Shown: positions 36,028 to 49,946, counted from the stretch's first letter. The stretch: DNA of 64,000 bases from Eledone cirrhosa (GCA_964016885.1 OZ024750.1:3038001-3102000); one strand, 5' to 3'. Notes: a model not told the origin generated them from the letters alone. A program made the numbers and translations.

Positions 36028-38821
36028 TTTAACATCTATTTTTCCATGCTGGTATAGGTTGGATGGTTTGGAATGAGATGGTTTGAAACACTAGAACTCT
36101 CCAATTATTGGAGAAGTTAAGTTTAGTCTGGTGGACATTTGATATTACTTTACAGAAGATATTTAGCACACATCATCAGAAAAATTGTATAAGTGTGACA
36201 AAGACAAGAAAGTCCTATCTTGGTGCAGCCATTTTAGCATGCTACTTTAAACCAGCCGTATCTGGCCAGAATTCTCTCACCCTTTTCTTTTAAGATGAAC
36301 CATAACTGGCTACTCATACTTATATTAAGGTGTTGGTCAATGTAGTAAAGACAACTACGAGGGTCAAGGTTATGTCAATGGATGAGAGATGCTAGAGTTG
36401 ACGGTAAAAAATACATCAGATGTTTAACAAGAAACTACCAGGAAGTGATAGCCATACTAGGGAAGCTTTCAGTTGTTAAATATGAGACAATGCAGAACTA
36501 AGATGCATACAGATATGCTGTGTTGCCAACCAACTCAACCCATGCCAACATGGAGATATGATGATGATGATGACAATCTTGTCATGAAAATGAGGAAAAG
36601 AATCAGATAGGCTTATATAAACATAACCAGGAGTGCTATCTATTTCAAAAATAGACGGCCTTTTTTTTATGATTCAGGGGTGGTAGATCTTACTAGGTTT
36701 TAAGAGAAGGCCCTCACTGTTGACAAGGTAATACTGTCTTCAATTGTTTCTGTATATATTTTGAGAAAAATTAATAGGCATTTAAACAAGTTTTCATTAA
36801 ATGATCAAAACTTAGTGAGTTATTAGTAAGATGTGATGTTATTTTCTAAGTATTTTTTTTTTAAATCATTTTTTTTTGGTCGAATCAAATTACAAAACTT
36901 CTCGATAGTTGTCTGTGATGTAAATGATATTTTTCTGTTCAACAGACAAAGGCAATGATGTGTAATGAAAATGTAAAAGCTTAACTAATGTGGGACACCT
37001 GGAGTAGTAGTTGCACATACTTCACATATAAACTAAGAAGGAACTAAGAAATAGATTTGCTAAAAACAAAAATACCATATTTAAAAAAAAAGAACAAAAA
37101 CGAAAAAAGGAAGAAAAAAATCTGTGTCAAAATGACCCCACACACACATACAGAGAGAAGAATTAGTAACGAAAAGCAGGCAAGAAGTTTCAATCTGTTG
37201 GCAGTTACAAATCTAATATTGTTGATGTGTTTGAAGAGTTGAAAGAAACTATAGTGAGACTAGAATCGATAGCTAATTAATATAAAGTGATTGTCTACAA
37301 ATAGATACACAACTGAACATTAACTTCAATGTATGAAGTTGTTTCCCCAAGTAGAAAGTTGCTAGAAAGCTACATTTCCAAAAGGAAAAATAAGTACAAA
37401 GTAAATAAATGAATAGATAATGCTAATAAAAGCATTAATGTGATTGTTTGATAAATATACTAACGACATTGTCCAAGAGGTCTACGACTCCCTTGTTGTG
37501 AACTGTAAGGTTACATCATTAGTTTGTGAAAATGTTAATATCCAGTGAATGTTTGGCAGTATAATGCAGATATCTGCAGCAGCTTCACAAGAGCAGATTA
37601 ACAACTGAAATGAAACAAATCAACTGCTGCTGCACCACTGAGAAACAAAACTAGGGAACAACACCAGTCTATTTCATACAAACAACTAAACAGAATGATA
37701 AAAGGCGGCGGGTAATCCCCTGATATATCGGGAATGTTGGATCTAACTGTTGCTCACAAATATCGTAATGGCTGCTTTTATATCAAAGGTTTACTTAAAA
37801 CAAATTTCCTTCATGTTTTTCACATCATAATACTCTATCAAAGAAATGAACATTTTTGAAATATGTGTTATATGTGTGTGCAGGTGTGTGTGTATTGGTG
37901 TGTGCAGGTGTGTGTGTATTGGTGTGTGCAGGTGTGTGTGTGTATTGGTGTGTGCAGGTGTGTGTGCAGGTGTGTGCGGGTGTGTGCATGGGCAGAAAGT
38001 TCTATTTCGGTGCAGCCAGTTTAGCATGATACTTTAAACCAGCTGTATCTGGCCAGAATTCTCTCACCACTTTCTGTTAAAACCAGCCACAACCGGCCAC
38101 TTATACTTATGTTAAGGTATTGTCCTCAAAATAAATAACATCAAAATCTTGTAGATACAATGTTATGTGATATAATTATATGAGGTAAAGCCTTTACCAC
38201 AGAGGTATATATAGAGTAATGTAAACGGTAAAGGGTTAAAGAGATGTGTGAGTGCAATAGAGCCGTCATTAACCTGGATTTCAGCAGATATATTACAACT
38301 AATTACAACATACAACAGATAGAGTAAAGTCATTAATTGTGAGCAAACAAACAGTTCAGTACATGAACAATTCTAAAATATTACTCTGGAATGAAACTAA
38401 TAAGAAACAAACAGACTGATTAGTACATTTACAGAAATAACACTTTGGACTTCGTTATGTTTGGATTAATAAGAAATTAATTATGTTGAGATGAAGCCAC
38501 AAAGTGCTGAGAAGAAAGTTTTCAGATTTATAAGAATAGAGGAAAATATGACTCAAAAATAGTAAATGGTTATTTTGTAAATAAAATTGTTGTCATGTTG
38601 ATGACTTGGAAGTCCTGGAATTAGCTGTTGAAACGGCAAGAGTTCACCTGTCGGGGTCCTGACTCATTATAATATAACCATACTCTACTACTCAAAGTAT
38701 TGAGTACTCTGGAGAGTAATGATCTAACCAGTTTCAAACTGAATCAATCCAGATTTATATATATATATATATATATAAATATGGATGGTTGTTTTTTCTG
38801 TTCCGTATAACCATTACCAGT

Positions 38822-38862
38822 CTGAGCTGAAGATCTGCATAAGGTGAAACAATTGATCTCAG
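38822..38862 (+). ncRNA. Degenerate hammerhead motif
   Basis: CTGAG-CTGAAGA-(12 nt)-GAAA-CAATTG-AT-CTCAG; 5-bp stem I and palindromic stem III, but the UH site is mutated and stem II is weak. Confidence 0.5.
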
Positions 38863-39010
38863 TATGGTGAACTAACTGTTGTGTTACTACTTCTATATAT
38901 ATATATATATAGTGGTAGAACACTGGAGGGTAATATCCCCAGTAGTAGAGCACTCAGTCCATGGAGGGAGTTTGGTAGAAGTAGTTCCACAACAGTTAAT
39001 ATACCATTTC

Positions 39011-39050
39011 CGAGAACAATTTGTTTCACCCCAAACGAATCATCAGCTCA
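39011..39050 (-). ncRNA. Hammerhead motif with weak stem II
   Basis: TGAG-CTGATGA-(12 nt)-GAAA-CAAATTG-TT-CTCG. Confidence 0.55.
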
Positions 39051-40504
39051 GTTAAAAAGCCCTCAACTGACTATAGATAGGTATAAATAGGTATATGAGG
39101 CTAGTTAGAGAATCAACGCAGCCTTGGTCAGTTTCTTACTCACTCAATGATATAATTAAGTTTGTGGATTGGCAGTATCGGTAGAGGGTCTGATGCCATG
39201 CTTTGCAGCATAGAGTTATGGCACTTTATGGTCTGAGTTCAAATCCCACCGAGGTTAACTTTGCCTTTCATTCTTACGGGGTTGATAAAATAAAGTACCA
39301 GTAATACACTGGGATAATTGCTGACCTTGTGCCAAATGTAGAAACAATTATTAAAATACAAACCATCAATATATGTAGATATGAGGGTGTATGTGAGTGT
39401 GACATAAGAGTAAAATAGTTAGATACCCCAAATCTCATAGAAACACATATACATGCTCTCTCTCTCTCCTAAATCTACTTTATAAAGAAATACGAGGGGA
39501 AAGAGAAAGGAAATGAAGAAAGATTAAGTAAATAACAAAGAGGAACTAGACATTTTCCAAGCAGCAGAATCAGATGATGGTACAAGAGGAAGCAACCAGT
39601 TAAGTGATGTTATTCAATTAAGGTTGTTACATAAATGAGAAAACACAATCTATATTTATAAAAGAATGCAATCACTGTAGCATAAATCAATGTATTAGTT
39701 TATTAACATCTGTTTACTCTTACTGTAGCAGAAATTTATCTACAATACAGAGAAATTCTTGGAAGACATCAGTGACAAAACAATTAATTTGTTTTAGAAA
39801 CATGAGAAAGATACAAACAATATTTTAGGATGATATACAGTCAAAATGTTAAAGTTTCTTTTCATATCACCTATTCTAGTAACAAAATAAAGAGAGGAAA
39901 TATATTATAATATAAAAAAAAAGTAACTTTGTGGCTGAATCAACGATGCACTACTTCTTACTTGCAGACATATGATATGAGAAGAGAGAAGCTATTTTTA
40001 GCTAAAAGTGCCCATTGATAGATCTCTAGAGTAAATTCTACTAATACTTTCTATCATTCGGCTTTAGCTTGTTTTTCTAGCTAAGATAGTTGCAGTTGGT
40101 TTCTTATTTAACAAGATGATGATATAAGAATAAAGAAATCTTTTCAGCCACACATGACTAACTCATTATAGTGAGGAGGAGGTGGATATTGTTATTTATA
40201 AAAACAATACTAATAACATTAAAACAATTATTATTTCATTTATTCAAACAGTTTATTTTATAGGCTTACACTCTATTTCATTTTAGGATAATCTTTGTAC
40301 GAATCGCAAGAAATGATAGGACTGATGATTAACCCTTTAACATTTAAACTGGCCGTATCTGACCAGAATTCTCTCACCTCTTTCAGTCAAGAGCAATTTT
40401 TAAGCTCATGTTAGAACAGTAACCTTTTCAATGACTAAACTAAATTTGATAACGTAGATAACATTGATAAACTATATATAAGGATCTAAATGGAAATAAA
40501 TTTC

Positions 40505-40700
40505 TTCTTCTCCTGTCAAAAGCAACCATCTCCAACTGATCTGGCTGGATCCCCAAGTGAGACCAGCCAAGCTCATGGATGTTATCCAACCATCTTGCTC
40601 AGGGTCTACCCCTGGGTCTCCTGCTGGTTGGTTTTGCCTGTAAAATCTGTCCAGCGATTCTTTCCTGAGACATTCTAACCACATGTCCATAGTATCGGAG
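40505..40700 (-). mobile_element. Rex3/Expander-like RTE 3' fragment
   Basis: Reverse-complement homolog of 47710-47890. Confidence 0.7.
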
Positions 40701-41957
40701 CTGTGATCAATGAGTAAATAATAAAATCCTAATAAATGCTTAAATTGCAAATAAAAGTAGACACTTAACTAATAAAAATTATAAATTATTAAATGACTGC
40801 CAAGGATAAAGAATCTACTTTTTGTATGTCATCAATAATGGTATGAAGAGGTTGGTTTCATAAATTACTGAAACACAGCTTCCATAGAAATATTAGAGAA
40901 AAATTAACAAAAATTAGCAATAGATATAAACCAAAAATGTACATGAAAATGCATTGGTGTACTTAAAAAAAAAAAAAAGAATGTTTTAATTTAGTAATGT
41001 CAGCTATCACAAAACTCATTATCAAATTCCATATAATCAAATAATTTAAAAAAAAAGGTGCTTTGGACTTTTTTTTTTCCTTCATATAAGTACACATTTA
41101 AGCAGTTAAAAAAATGGTAAAGAAACTTCTTAAAGAAAAAAAAGAAAAAAAAAGATAATTTCTTCATTAAATAAAGAATAAAAGCAATGTACGAGCACAC
41201 ACATTCACACAGAAATTCAATATCTCATAGCATTATCAAGGTTACAATAGAAACACACCCAAAGCTGATGGAAAACCCAATATATACAGAAATATAATGG
41301 AAGCAAAAACAGAAACAAAAAAGAACCAACGAAGCAGTATGTAATTGTTTCAAACTTATCAGATCTGATAAAACTACTTGTTAACATTATTGATTCTACT
41401 ATATCAGGTGTTTAAATGACAATTACTTTTTGGATGGAAAAAAGACTAATGAAATTACTAATGGTATGAATTTATCAATTCTCTTTTCTTTAGCAAGCAA
41501 TTCATACTCTTAATTCACAATTAATACTGATAAACTAAGAAGAAAACAAAGAAAAAAGAACATGTTGTTAACAAAAATGGAACATTCCATGCATTGGCCT
41601 CGTCTGAGGTAAAAAGAAAAAAGAGAAAAAAAATGTGTTAATTAATTATGTAAAGAATATTTTGCCATTTCTAATCAAGATTGTAGAATAAAACAAGAGG
41701 TAAAATAAAGCTTTGAGAAAGAAAGTATTTATAGGTAATTACAAAAGCCATCAGAAGTAAAACTCTGCAAGTCATCTGATTGTTGAAAGGAAATTACATT
41801 AAAGGCTATCTAATCAGTATACTTTGCTTGTATTAAAGAATGTATTGCAGGGTTCTGTCTTTCTAATGAACTATAATTCTTAGTTAGTTACAAATGTAAC
41901 AGCAGGTATCAGTTGACCCAAAAATAAAACATCTTCCAATTCTTTCTCTCTCTCTCT

Positions 41958-42026
<69 letters not shown>

Positions 42027-45000
42027 ACCACTTAAAGGAATTCTTAGTCCATTAAGCTTTTTATTATTTCTCATAGCTCAGAATGTCCTGACCAACAGCA
42101 ATGGCTGGTCAAATACTTCTAAGGTCATAGTAAAATTTATCTTATCAAATGTATTACAATTAAAAAGAATAAGGATTAACAACTAAAAATTAAAGATTTA
42201 AAATAAATAATTGACTGATAAAATGACAAGTCAGTCAATCATATTGGTGGCCTCCCCACAGCCCCGGTGGACAGAATGGAGAAGGCATTTCCCCAGAGGA
42301 CGGCAAGGGAGTCGCACTGGAAGAGCCACGAGGCTCACACATGTGGCTGGTCAGCTCAGCGCCTAGGACATTAAGTCAATATATGACTTAAGATTTCCTT
42401 GAACTATGGTTTTCCTCAAAGAATCTGGATTATCATTTAAAATCCTTAATCTCTACATACATTACATAACATTTCCCCTATTGTATCATCATTTAACACC
42501 CATTTTTCCATGCCTGCATGGATTTAGACGAATTATGTTATGAAACAAATTAGGTCTGGAGACCACATGCTCATCTGGATCTGCATTCTGGCTTGGTTTC
42601 TACAGAGTAAAACCTCTGACTTTAATTTCTTTTGTAACTATTCTATCTTCTCTTTTCTCAAGATGTCTTTGAGCCTCCAATATAATATACCCACCTGCCT
42701 GTGGCTTATGTTTTTTTCTTCTGTAGTCAATAAAATCATTAAGCATAGGTCATTATTTTAAGATATATTTTGGATGGAGAGATACTGTGCTGAGAAGAAC
42801 CCATCCAACCCAGGCGAGTATGGTAAAACAGACATAAAATCGATGATGATAATGATGATGATTAGATATTTTCAGCAAATTTTAATTGAATTATATATCA
42901 ATTACATTGATCTAACAGATAAAGTTTATATGTCACACTTTTACTCATATTTTGTAGGAAAAGCTCACAAAACTTAAAATTACTTCAGTAAACTTTTCAA
43001 ACGAATTTTCTTCAAACTTATTCACAAATAGATAAAACGTCTCTAAGATCTTTTTTCGTTTTCCTCTCTAAATTCTATCACAGAAATAGCAACTAATATT
43101 AAACATAAGTTTGAATTAGGAATCCTATAAAGAGGTGATAGGAGAGAGAGAACAACAGATAGATAAAGCATCCTAAGATAACTATGCTGCAATATAACAA
43201 AAAATTTTTACATTATAATTTCCTTTTTCTCTAAGACTAATTAAGATTCAACAAGAATCTTTGTAAAGTTGAACAAAATTTTGCTGACTTGCTTCTAAAA
43301 TAGAACTGACAATGATTGGATCATTGGAAGCTTAACATTTTAGAAAAAACAAAGAACTACCAGACCATGTTAAGTCGTATGATATATTCTATATTCCTAT
43401 TTGTTTCATGACAGGATTATCAAATAAACCCAATCAAACCGATGCCCCTTCCCCATCAAAGCAGTATATATATGTGTGTGTGTGTGCGTATGTATGTGTG
43501 TGTGTATGTACATATATATATATAAATATTCACACACACAACTAGAAATCAACATGCAGCAATGTTTCTATGTTCTAGAGCTATATAATAATTCATGTAA
43601 ATATTTTAAGTCGGGATCATTTCTCATTCACTCTCACTAGTGAAACAATGTTTTCTCCTGTCCTCAGATATTTTGCTGCAAACGTTTTAAAAGTAAAAAT
43701 ATGTTTTTTCCTTAATCCATCATTATTTAGCAATCTCTCTCTTAAATCTTTTGATGAATACAAGAATATATATAGAAGGAGTTTGTAGTTTTCTTGAAGC
43801 ATTGTATATGGTATAAAGAATTAGAAGTTTGAAAGCCATGACAATGCAGGTTTGGACAGAGAATAATCATCATAAGAAACAAGGCTTGTTTTTGTCATGG
43901 CTTTCAAACTTTGAATTCTTTAAGAATATATATATTCTTTTTTCTATCTAACTTCTATTCTCTGCTAAGATTACATATTCATAGCATAATGTTTCTAGTA
44001 TACACCAAAGAAATGCCTTAATATATCTTTTCCAGCAACCCACTTATCTAAAGTCTGTCTTAAGCCATTTAAGGTTCGTTAGGACAGTGCTTATTCCAGT
44101 TTCATGCCGTGAAGTGACTGAGAGTACAAGACTCCCCCCTGGACAGGACGCCAGTCTATCCCTCCAACAATGCCAACCACATTGATAACTCCAGGGAATA
44201 TTTAAGTTTTATTATCCACTCTTTTTTTAAGACTTATGGTTAGGAATCTTGGGTAATAACTCAAAGAATACGATTGTATTGAATACAGAAGAAAGGAAGA
44301 TAAAGAAATACTGGGGATTGTCCAGCCACTTCCTCTTCAGACTGCAGGCCGCAGTACCAGGGTTTATAAATTAGATTCTATACATATTACATTGATAGTT
44401 TAATAGTTGGTATATTTTCCATGAAGCTAATCAAGACATGTAACTACTTAGACAAATTCCTGTCTAGAGAAGTGCAATATATTATTCTATTGTTCTTCAG
44501 AAAAATGGTATTATATTTTCAGTTGATAAATCTATATTTATCTTGTGTAATAGCGCAACACTTTATACATTCCATATATATTAATATCATAAAATAAAAT
44601 CTTTGGAATATATTCTGAGAGAATAATGGATAGTGAAATGGTGCCTATTTATATTTTGAAAAGTCAAGATGAAAATTTCACCTATTGTAATTAAAATATG
44701 TATTCTATTTAAATCATTGATTTTGTGACAAGAAGTTTGTTAGTTCTATTTATTTTAATTACAATTACCATATATTTCATCAAGGACATCTTTTACAAAT
44801 CAACTTATTTACAGTAAACAAAAGACAGCTTCTTTAGCTAACTTGCTTCAATTACAAAACAATGGACAGCTGTTGTTACTATTTATATTTTACTGTTCAG
44901 ATCTAATAACAAAATATTGTTTTATTACACACAACTGTTTGAAGGAAACAAGAGGATTGGCAACATTTCAAATAGGTTAAATGAGTACAACTTTTTAGCT

Positions 45001-45525
45001 AGAAGTTAAATATTAGTAAAAGCCACCGACAGAAACAGTACATTTAATAACAAAAATAAATAGACTTTCTTCATTGATACAGAATTCAATTAACTCAGAA
45101 AGTGTCAATGATTCCAACATTAGCGTATGAACAATATTCAACTGTAAAGTTTAGTTGTTTCTGAGTGTTAATCTTTTTGTTAACATATTTCTAATAAAAG
45201 ATATTCTATATAGTTTTCAAATAATCCAGAATTTGAAGGGGCTTTAGTAATATAACTAACTTTCTCATTATTGATCTAGTGTTTGGAACATAACTTAACA
45301 AAAGTTCTCACATCGAATTATGCTGGAAGGTTTTCAGATAGATATAAACACTTTGAAAGAGACAGTTCTGCATTGTAGAGCAAAGAACAGCTTCAGATAG
45401 TTTAGTGTGAAACAGTGATGCTGCTTTATAGCAAGTTTAATCTTGCATCTAATTATTAACAAACAAAGTGATTGAGATTCCATTCAGTTCTATTGTCTTC
45501 GTAGAATGAGACAAGCAATGAAAGT

Positions 45526-45753
45526 TTAACCCTTTAACATTTACATTACTCTATATTTACTATTATATTTTCATTGTAAAGGTTTTATCTTACATAATTA
45601 TCTCACATAATATCGAATTTAGAGATTTTGATGCTATTTATTTTTAGAACAATACTATAATGTTAGTATGAGTGGCCAGTTATGGCCAGTTTGAACAGGA
45701 AGAGGTGAGAGAATCCTGGTTGGATATGGTCGGTTTAAATGCTAAAGGGTTAA
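45526..45753 (-). mobile_element. piggyBac-type MITE family A, inverted
   Basis: TTAA-CCCTTTAACATTTA ... TAAATGCTAAAGGG-TTAA. Confidence 0.88.
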
Positions 45754-46355
45754 GAAATACTTAGATACTGCATCTCTGCAACTGATACTCCTCTATTAAC
45801 TTTGGATTAACAAATCTGTTTTTAGATCTTTTCTATTAACCCATAACTCCCGAGGGAGTCATAAAGGTGTGACATTGACATATGGCATATCTAGGACACC
45901 TTTAAAAACCTGGCAGAGACCTTATCCTCTCCAGGTCTGAATACAGCAGATTTCTTCCAGAGAAGGATAAAGAGAGAGAGAGAAAGAGAGAGAATACAAG
46001 AGATAGAGAGAGAAGAGGATACAAGCGAGAAAGAGATATAGAGGATACAAGCGAGAAAGAGATATAGAAGAAGAATCGACTCCAGTGGGTGATACTGGTA
46101 TTTAAAGTTACAGAGAAGCAAATCCAACAGGCAAAGTGTTGAATATAAGATAGACAAAATATTTGGCTTGGATATATTTTGAGAATTTATGGTGTATATA
46201 AAAAACAGTTGGTGGAGGTGTTGGTAACAGAGCACCAACACGTGTTGACAAGACAAACAAGATATTTGCTAAAGACATAATTAGAAAGATATAGACCATG
46301 TGAATGTGAATATATACATACATACAAACACATGTGAATATATACATACATACAA

Positions 46356-46402
<47 letters not shown>

Positions 46403-46422
46403 TCATTTTATATACACATACA

Positions 46423-46464
<42 letters not shown>

Positions 46465-46679
46465 CAATTTCAAACTAATGAATGAAAAGCAGATACCTCA
46501 TTCTCATGTCACTTTGTGTTGCTTAGACTTAAGCATAACTATATGAACCAATATATATACATATGAACCAATGAGAAAACCTCTACATGGTTTCTTGATC
46601 TGCAAGAAAAAGCAGCTAAATACTGTCACATCTTACTCTGCTATTTTAGAAAAGAAGGACACAACAGACAGACCAACCA

Positions 46680-46748
46680 GTCCAGGAATTGAATCCCCTA
46701 CATTATGATCATAAGACCAACACCCTCACCACGAGGCCATGCACCTCC
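46680..46748 (-). mobile_element. tRNA-like SINE head (not a functional tRNA)
   Basis: GGAGGTGCATGGCCTCGTGGTGAGG...GGATTCAATTCC; sister copy on plus at 58398-58462; no acceptor stem. Confidence 0.55.
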
Positions 46749-47311
46749 ACAGTGTGGATGAGAAAAGTAAATTACAAAATGTACTAATTAATTAATATAA
46801 TTCAAGGGTTCTCAGCTCCCATTCAGTTCATATTAGCAAAAACTCTAGATTTCTTATTCCCCCCCCCCCCCCCCCCCCATATACACACACTTTGAAAGTT
46901 AATTTTGTAAAATAAAAATAATAAAAACATTTTCTTTTTCCAGCTACAATAGACATATGTGTATATAAGAAAGATGGAGTCTAAAAGCTGTTCTTTGTAA
47001 TCTTCAATAGCCGAATGATTTATAGATATCATGAAAATAGACAATGATTATCAATGTAATTCATATTTTTATTTTATTTTATTTTATTTTTTTAGCAACT
47101 GAACTGAAAATCACATAATTCCTGTCTCATTACAGTTGAAGCTAACTAAACTTCTAAAAACTTTGGGGCAATTTCTCACAGTTAACATCTATTATTGCAG
47201 AACAAAAAAGATCTCATGGCATCAAATTAATCTGTCCAATAATAACACATAATTCCAAACCAGACAGTTATTTAGTCATACTTTCTTTAATTTCAAAAAC
47301 TATGAAAATCT

Positions 47312-47548
47312 TTAACCCTTTTGATACCAGCCCAGTCAAAACCGGCCCTGGTTCTATGAAAGAAAGCCATCCATTTCAAACAATTCCTATATAAATTTAT
47401 ATCTTCCAACATGATATTATACAAGAACCATATATGAAGTTATTATATTAGAAATGAAATAATTAATCATTTGAGTAAATACTTCAAAATTCTGTATTAA
47501 TTAATTGAAGGAGTATATTTCATTACAAATATGGTCATGAAGGGTTAA
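47312..47548 (+). mobile_element. piggyBac-type MITE family B
   Basis: TTAA-CCCTT ... AAGGG-TTAA. Confidence 0.8.
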
Positions 47549-47709
47549 AAATATGACAAGACAATCTACTTGTAAGACAGTTCAATTCTAAATTATAACT
47601 GATATTTTTTATTAATTCATTTAATGACTTTGTGTAATAAATGGCTAGTGATTATTGATACTAAACTTCCTGATAAACACTCCTGATTTTATTGTTTATC
47701 TCTTATGGT

Positions 47710-47950
47710 TAGAATGTCTTAGGAAAGAATCACTGGACAGATTTCATGGGTAAAACCAACTGGCAGCAGGAGACCCAGGAGTAGACCCCGAGCAAGATGG
47801 TTAGATAACATCTATGAGGTCAACTGGTCTCACTTAGGGATCCAGCTGGATCAAATAGAGATGATTGCTTCTGACAGGATGCACTGGAAGGAGTGTTTGA
47901 GGGCTCTGCCTTCACGATCCTCTCAGGAATATGTGGGTGAGAAGACAACC
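47710..47950 (+). mobile_element. Rex3/Expander-like RTE 3' fragment
   Basis: Translates ...KPTGSRRPRSRPRARWLDNIYEVNWSHLGIQLDQIEMIASDRMHWKECLRALPSR, the RTE C-terminal RPR.RW ... DR..W pattern. Confidence 0.75.
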
Positions 47951-48862
47951 TTTATTAATTTATGGTCAAAATAGCTACTTGTAATAGTGGGAAGCTTATT
48001 TCTCTTGCTACACACCTTCAAATCTTTTATTGTTTTCAAAATGAACCAAAAATCACAGGCAGTGTCTTTTATTAGAAATATAGTAAAAAAGGGGTTTCAG
48101 TGAACAGTAAAAGTAGACAGGGGTTCAGTGAACAGTAAAAGTAAAGACATGTGCAAACACCAATAAGGACTGAAGAGTAACACAGAAAATGTTGAAGCTA
48201 AATAAATGATATAAGTCTGCACTAAAGGAAAGATGGAGTGAGCCACAGACAATATGTCTATAGTCCTAACTGAAGAGTAGATGGTATCAATAATAAAAGA
48301 TTGAATCATTAAATTAAATGGAAGAATTTTGAACAAATTAGTGAATTACATTTATCTACTGATGTAAGGAAAGAACTTGTTACAACTTTTTCTTTTCATT
48401 CAGAAAAAAAAAGAATCATTTAATGACTCATCACTATTAATAATATTAAAATGTTTCTGCCATTATCCACACACAATTAGATATGATAAAATGTTCATTG
48501 TGTTCTCTCAAGTATGTCATATGGGCAATATAGCAAAAATACGGGCAAATTTTGAGATGCTATGTTTAAAGTGGCACTATCCTGCACTGCATGAAACCAC
48601 ATTATCAAAATATTCTTGGAAAGAATAAAACAACATCACATTAAAAATTAAAGTCTTTACTCAAATACTGAAAAATATTCACAATGATCTGTCTACTAGT
48701 TACGATACTATAAACATTTGAATTAACAAACCTGTTTCTAGATACTTTCTGAAATTATTGCTGGATGTTAAGAGCTAATTTCTTACAATTAGAAACTTGA
48801 TGCCTAAAATACATCCATGGTAAAGACTCTGTGATTAAATCAAAGTTGATGGGAAACAAACT

Positions 48863-49186
48863 TTAACCCTTTTGATACCAACTCACCCATGATCTAGGAA
48901 ACAAAACATCCCACTTTGAAATGTACTTATTTAAATTAAAACTTCCCAACATAAATTTTATATAAGAAACCTTCAGGTTAGGTTACAAATACCCTCTTAA
49001 TAATGAAATAATAATTTTAGTCAATGCCTCAAAATTCTTTATTAATTAATTGTGAATAAAGTCACGCAGTGGGGTCGATTTAATCGACTTTCCCCTCCCT
49101 CAAAATTGCCTTGTGTCTCAATCCGAAAACGTTAATTAATTAAAATAGGGTGTTTGTCATTAGAAATGTGTTCTTGAAAAGGTTAA
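48863..49186 (+). mobile_element. piggyBac-type MITE family B with a nested SINE 3' fragment
   Basis: TTAA-CCCTTTT ... AAAAGG-TTAA; insert 49052-49131 flanked by TTAATTAATT repeats. Confidence 0.8.
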
Positions 49187-49790
49187 GCAGTACAACTCTT
49201 GTGAAGATGATTTCAAGGTAAATTATACTTTACGAGATGTTGCTATAGTAAATGATTAAATTTTCAACACATTCAATTTTAAATAGAAGGAAATTACAAC
49301 CAAGTGAGATGGCATGACTGTCAAAATAGAGATAGAGGTTGAAACGTTTCCATCATCAAACAACACAAAACTGAACGCTTCATGTCAACAAAGTGTATCC
49401 GAGATAAAAGAGATTTGATCATACGATGCCCTTTCTTTACAGACTAAAATTATGCACTTTCTAACATATATTTTCAGTATCAAAAAATATTCTAACTATC
49501 AGAAAATGTTTAAATTTGATTAACAATGAGAAAAATAAAATCTCAAACCATTCATAAGTCATTCAACAGCTACATACTTGTGTACAAAATATTTCAAGAT
49601 ACGAAAAACCACTTTACAAGATACAAAAAAAAAATAAAGGTATTGATATTTTTTTTAAATTCTAAATTTCATTAGTAAAGAAATAAACACGCACAAAAAA
49701 AGACAAAAAACTACAGATATTCTAGAAAAATATTGTCTGTTATCTTATAAGGATTAAACATCTAAAACATGCTGCATTATAAATACTTAC

Positions 49791-49946
49791 ATCTCTTTGG
49801 CTAGTTTCTTTCAAAACAAGTTCTAATCCATCTAGAGCAATGTGAAATTCTTCAACTCGACGTCGAAACTGGAACCATAGGGGGACAGTCATGGATAAAT
49901 TTGCTTTCCTTGTCTCTGCATTAGCTTTGATGTTATCCAACTGGAG
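49791..49946 (-). CDS. Internal coding exon of a spectrin-repeat protein (dystrophin/utrophin/nesprin-like)
   Basis: Strong acceptor TTTTACTTTTTCAG and donor GAT|GTAAGT; 156 nt, phase 0-0; LQLDNIKANAETRKANLSMTVPLWFQFRRRVEEFHIALDGLELVLKETSQRD shows the helical R...L....W.QF spectrin-repeat junction pattern. Confidence 0.75.
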
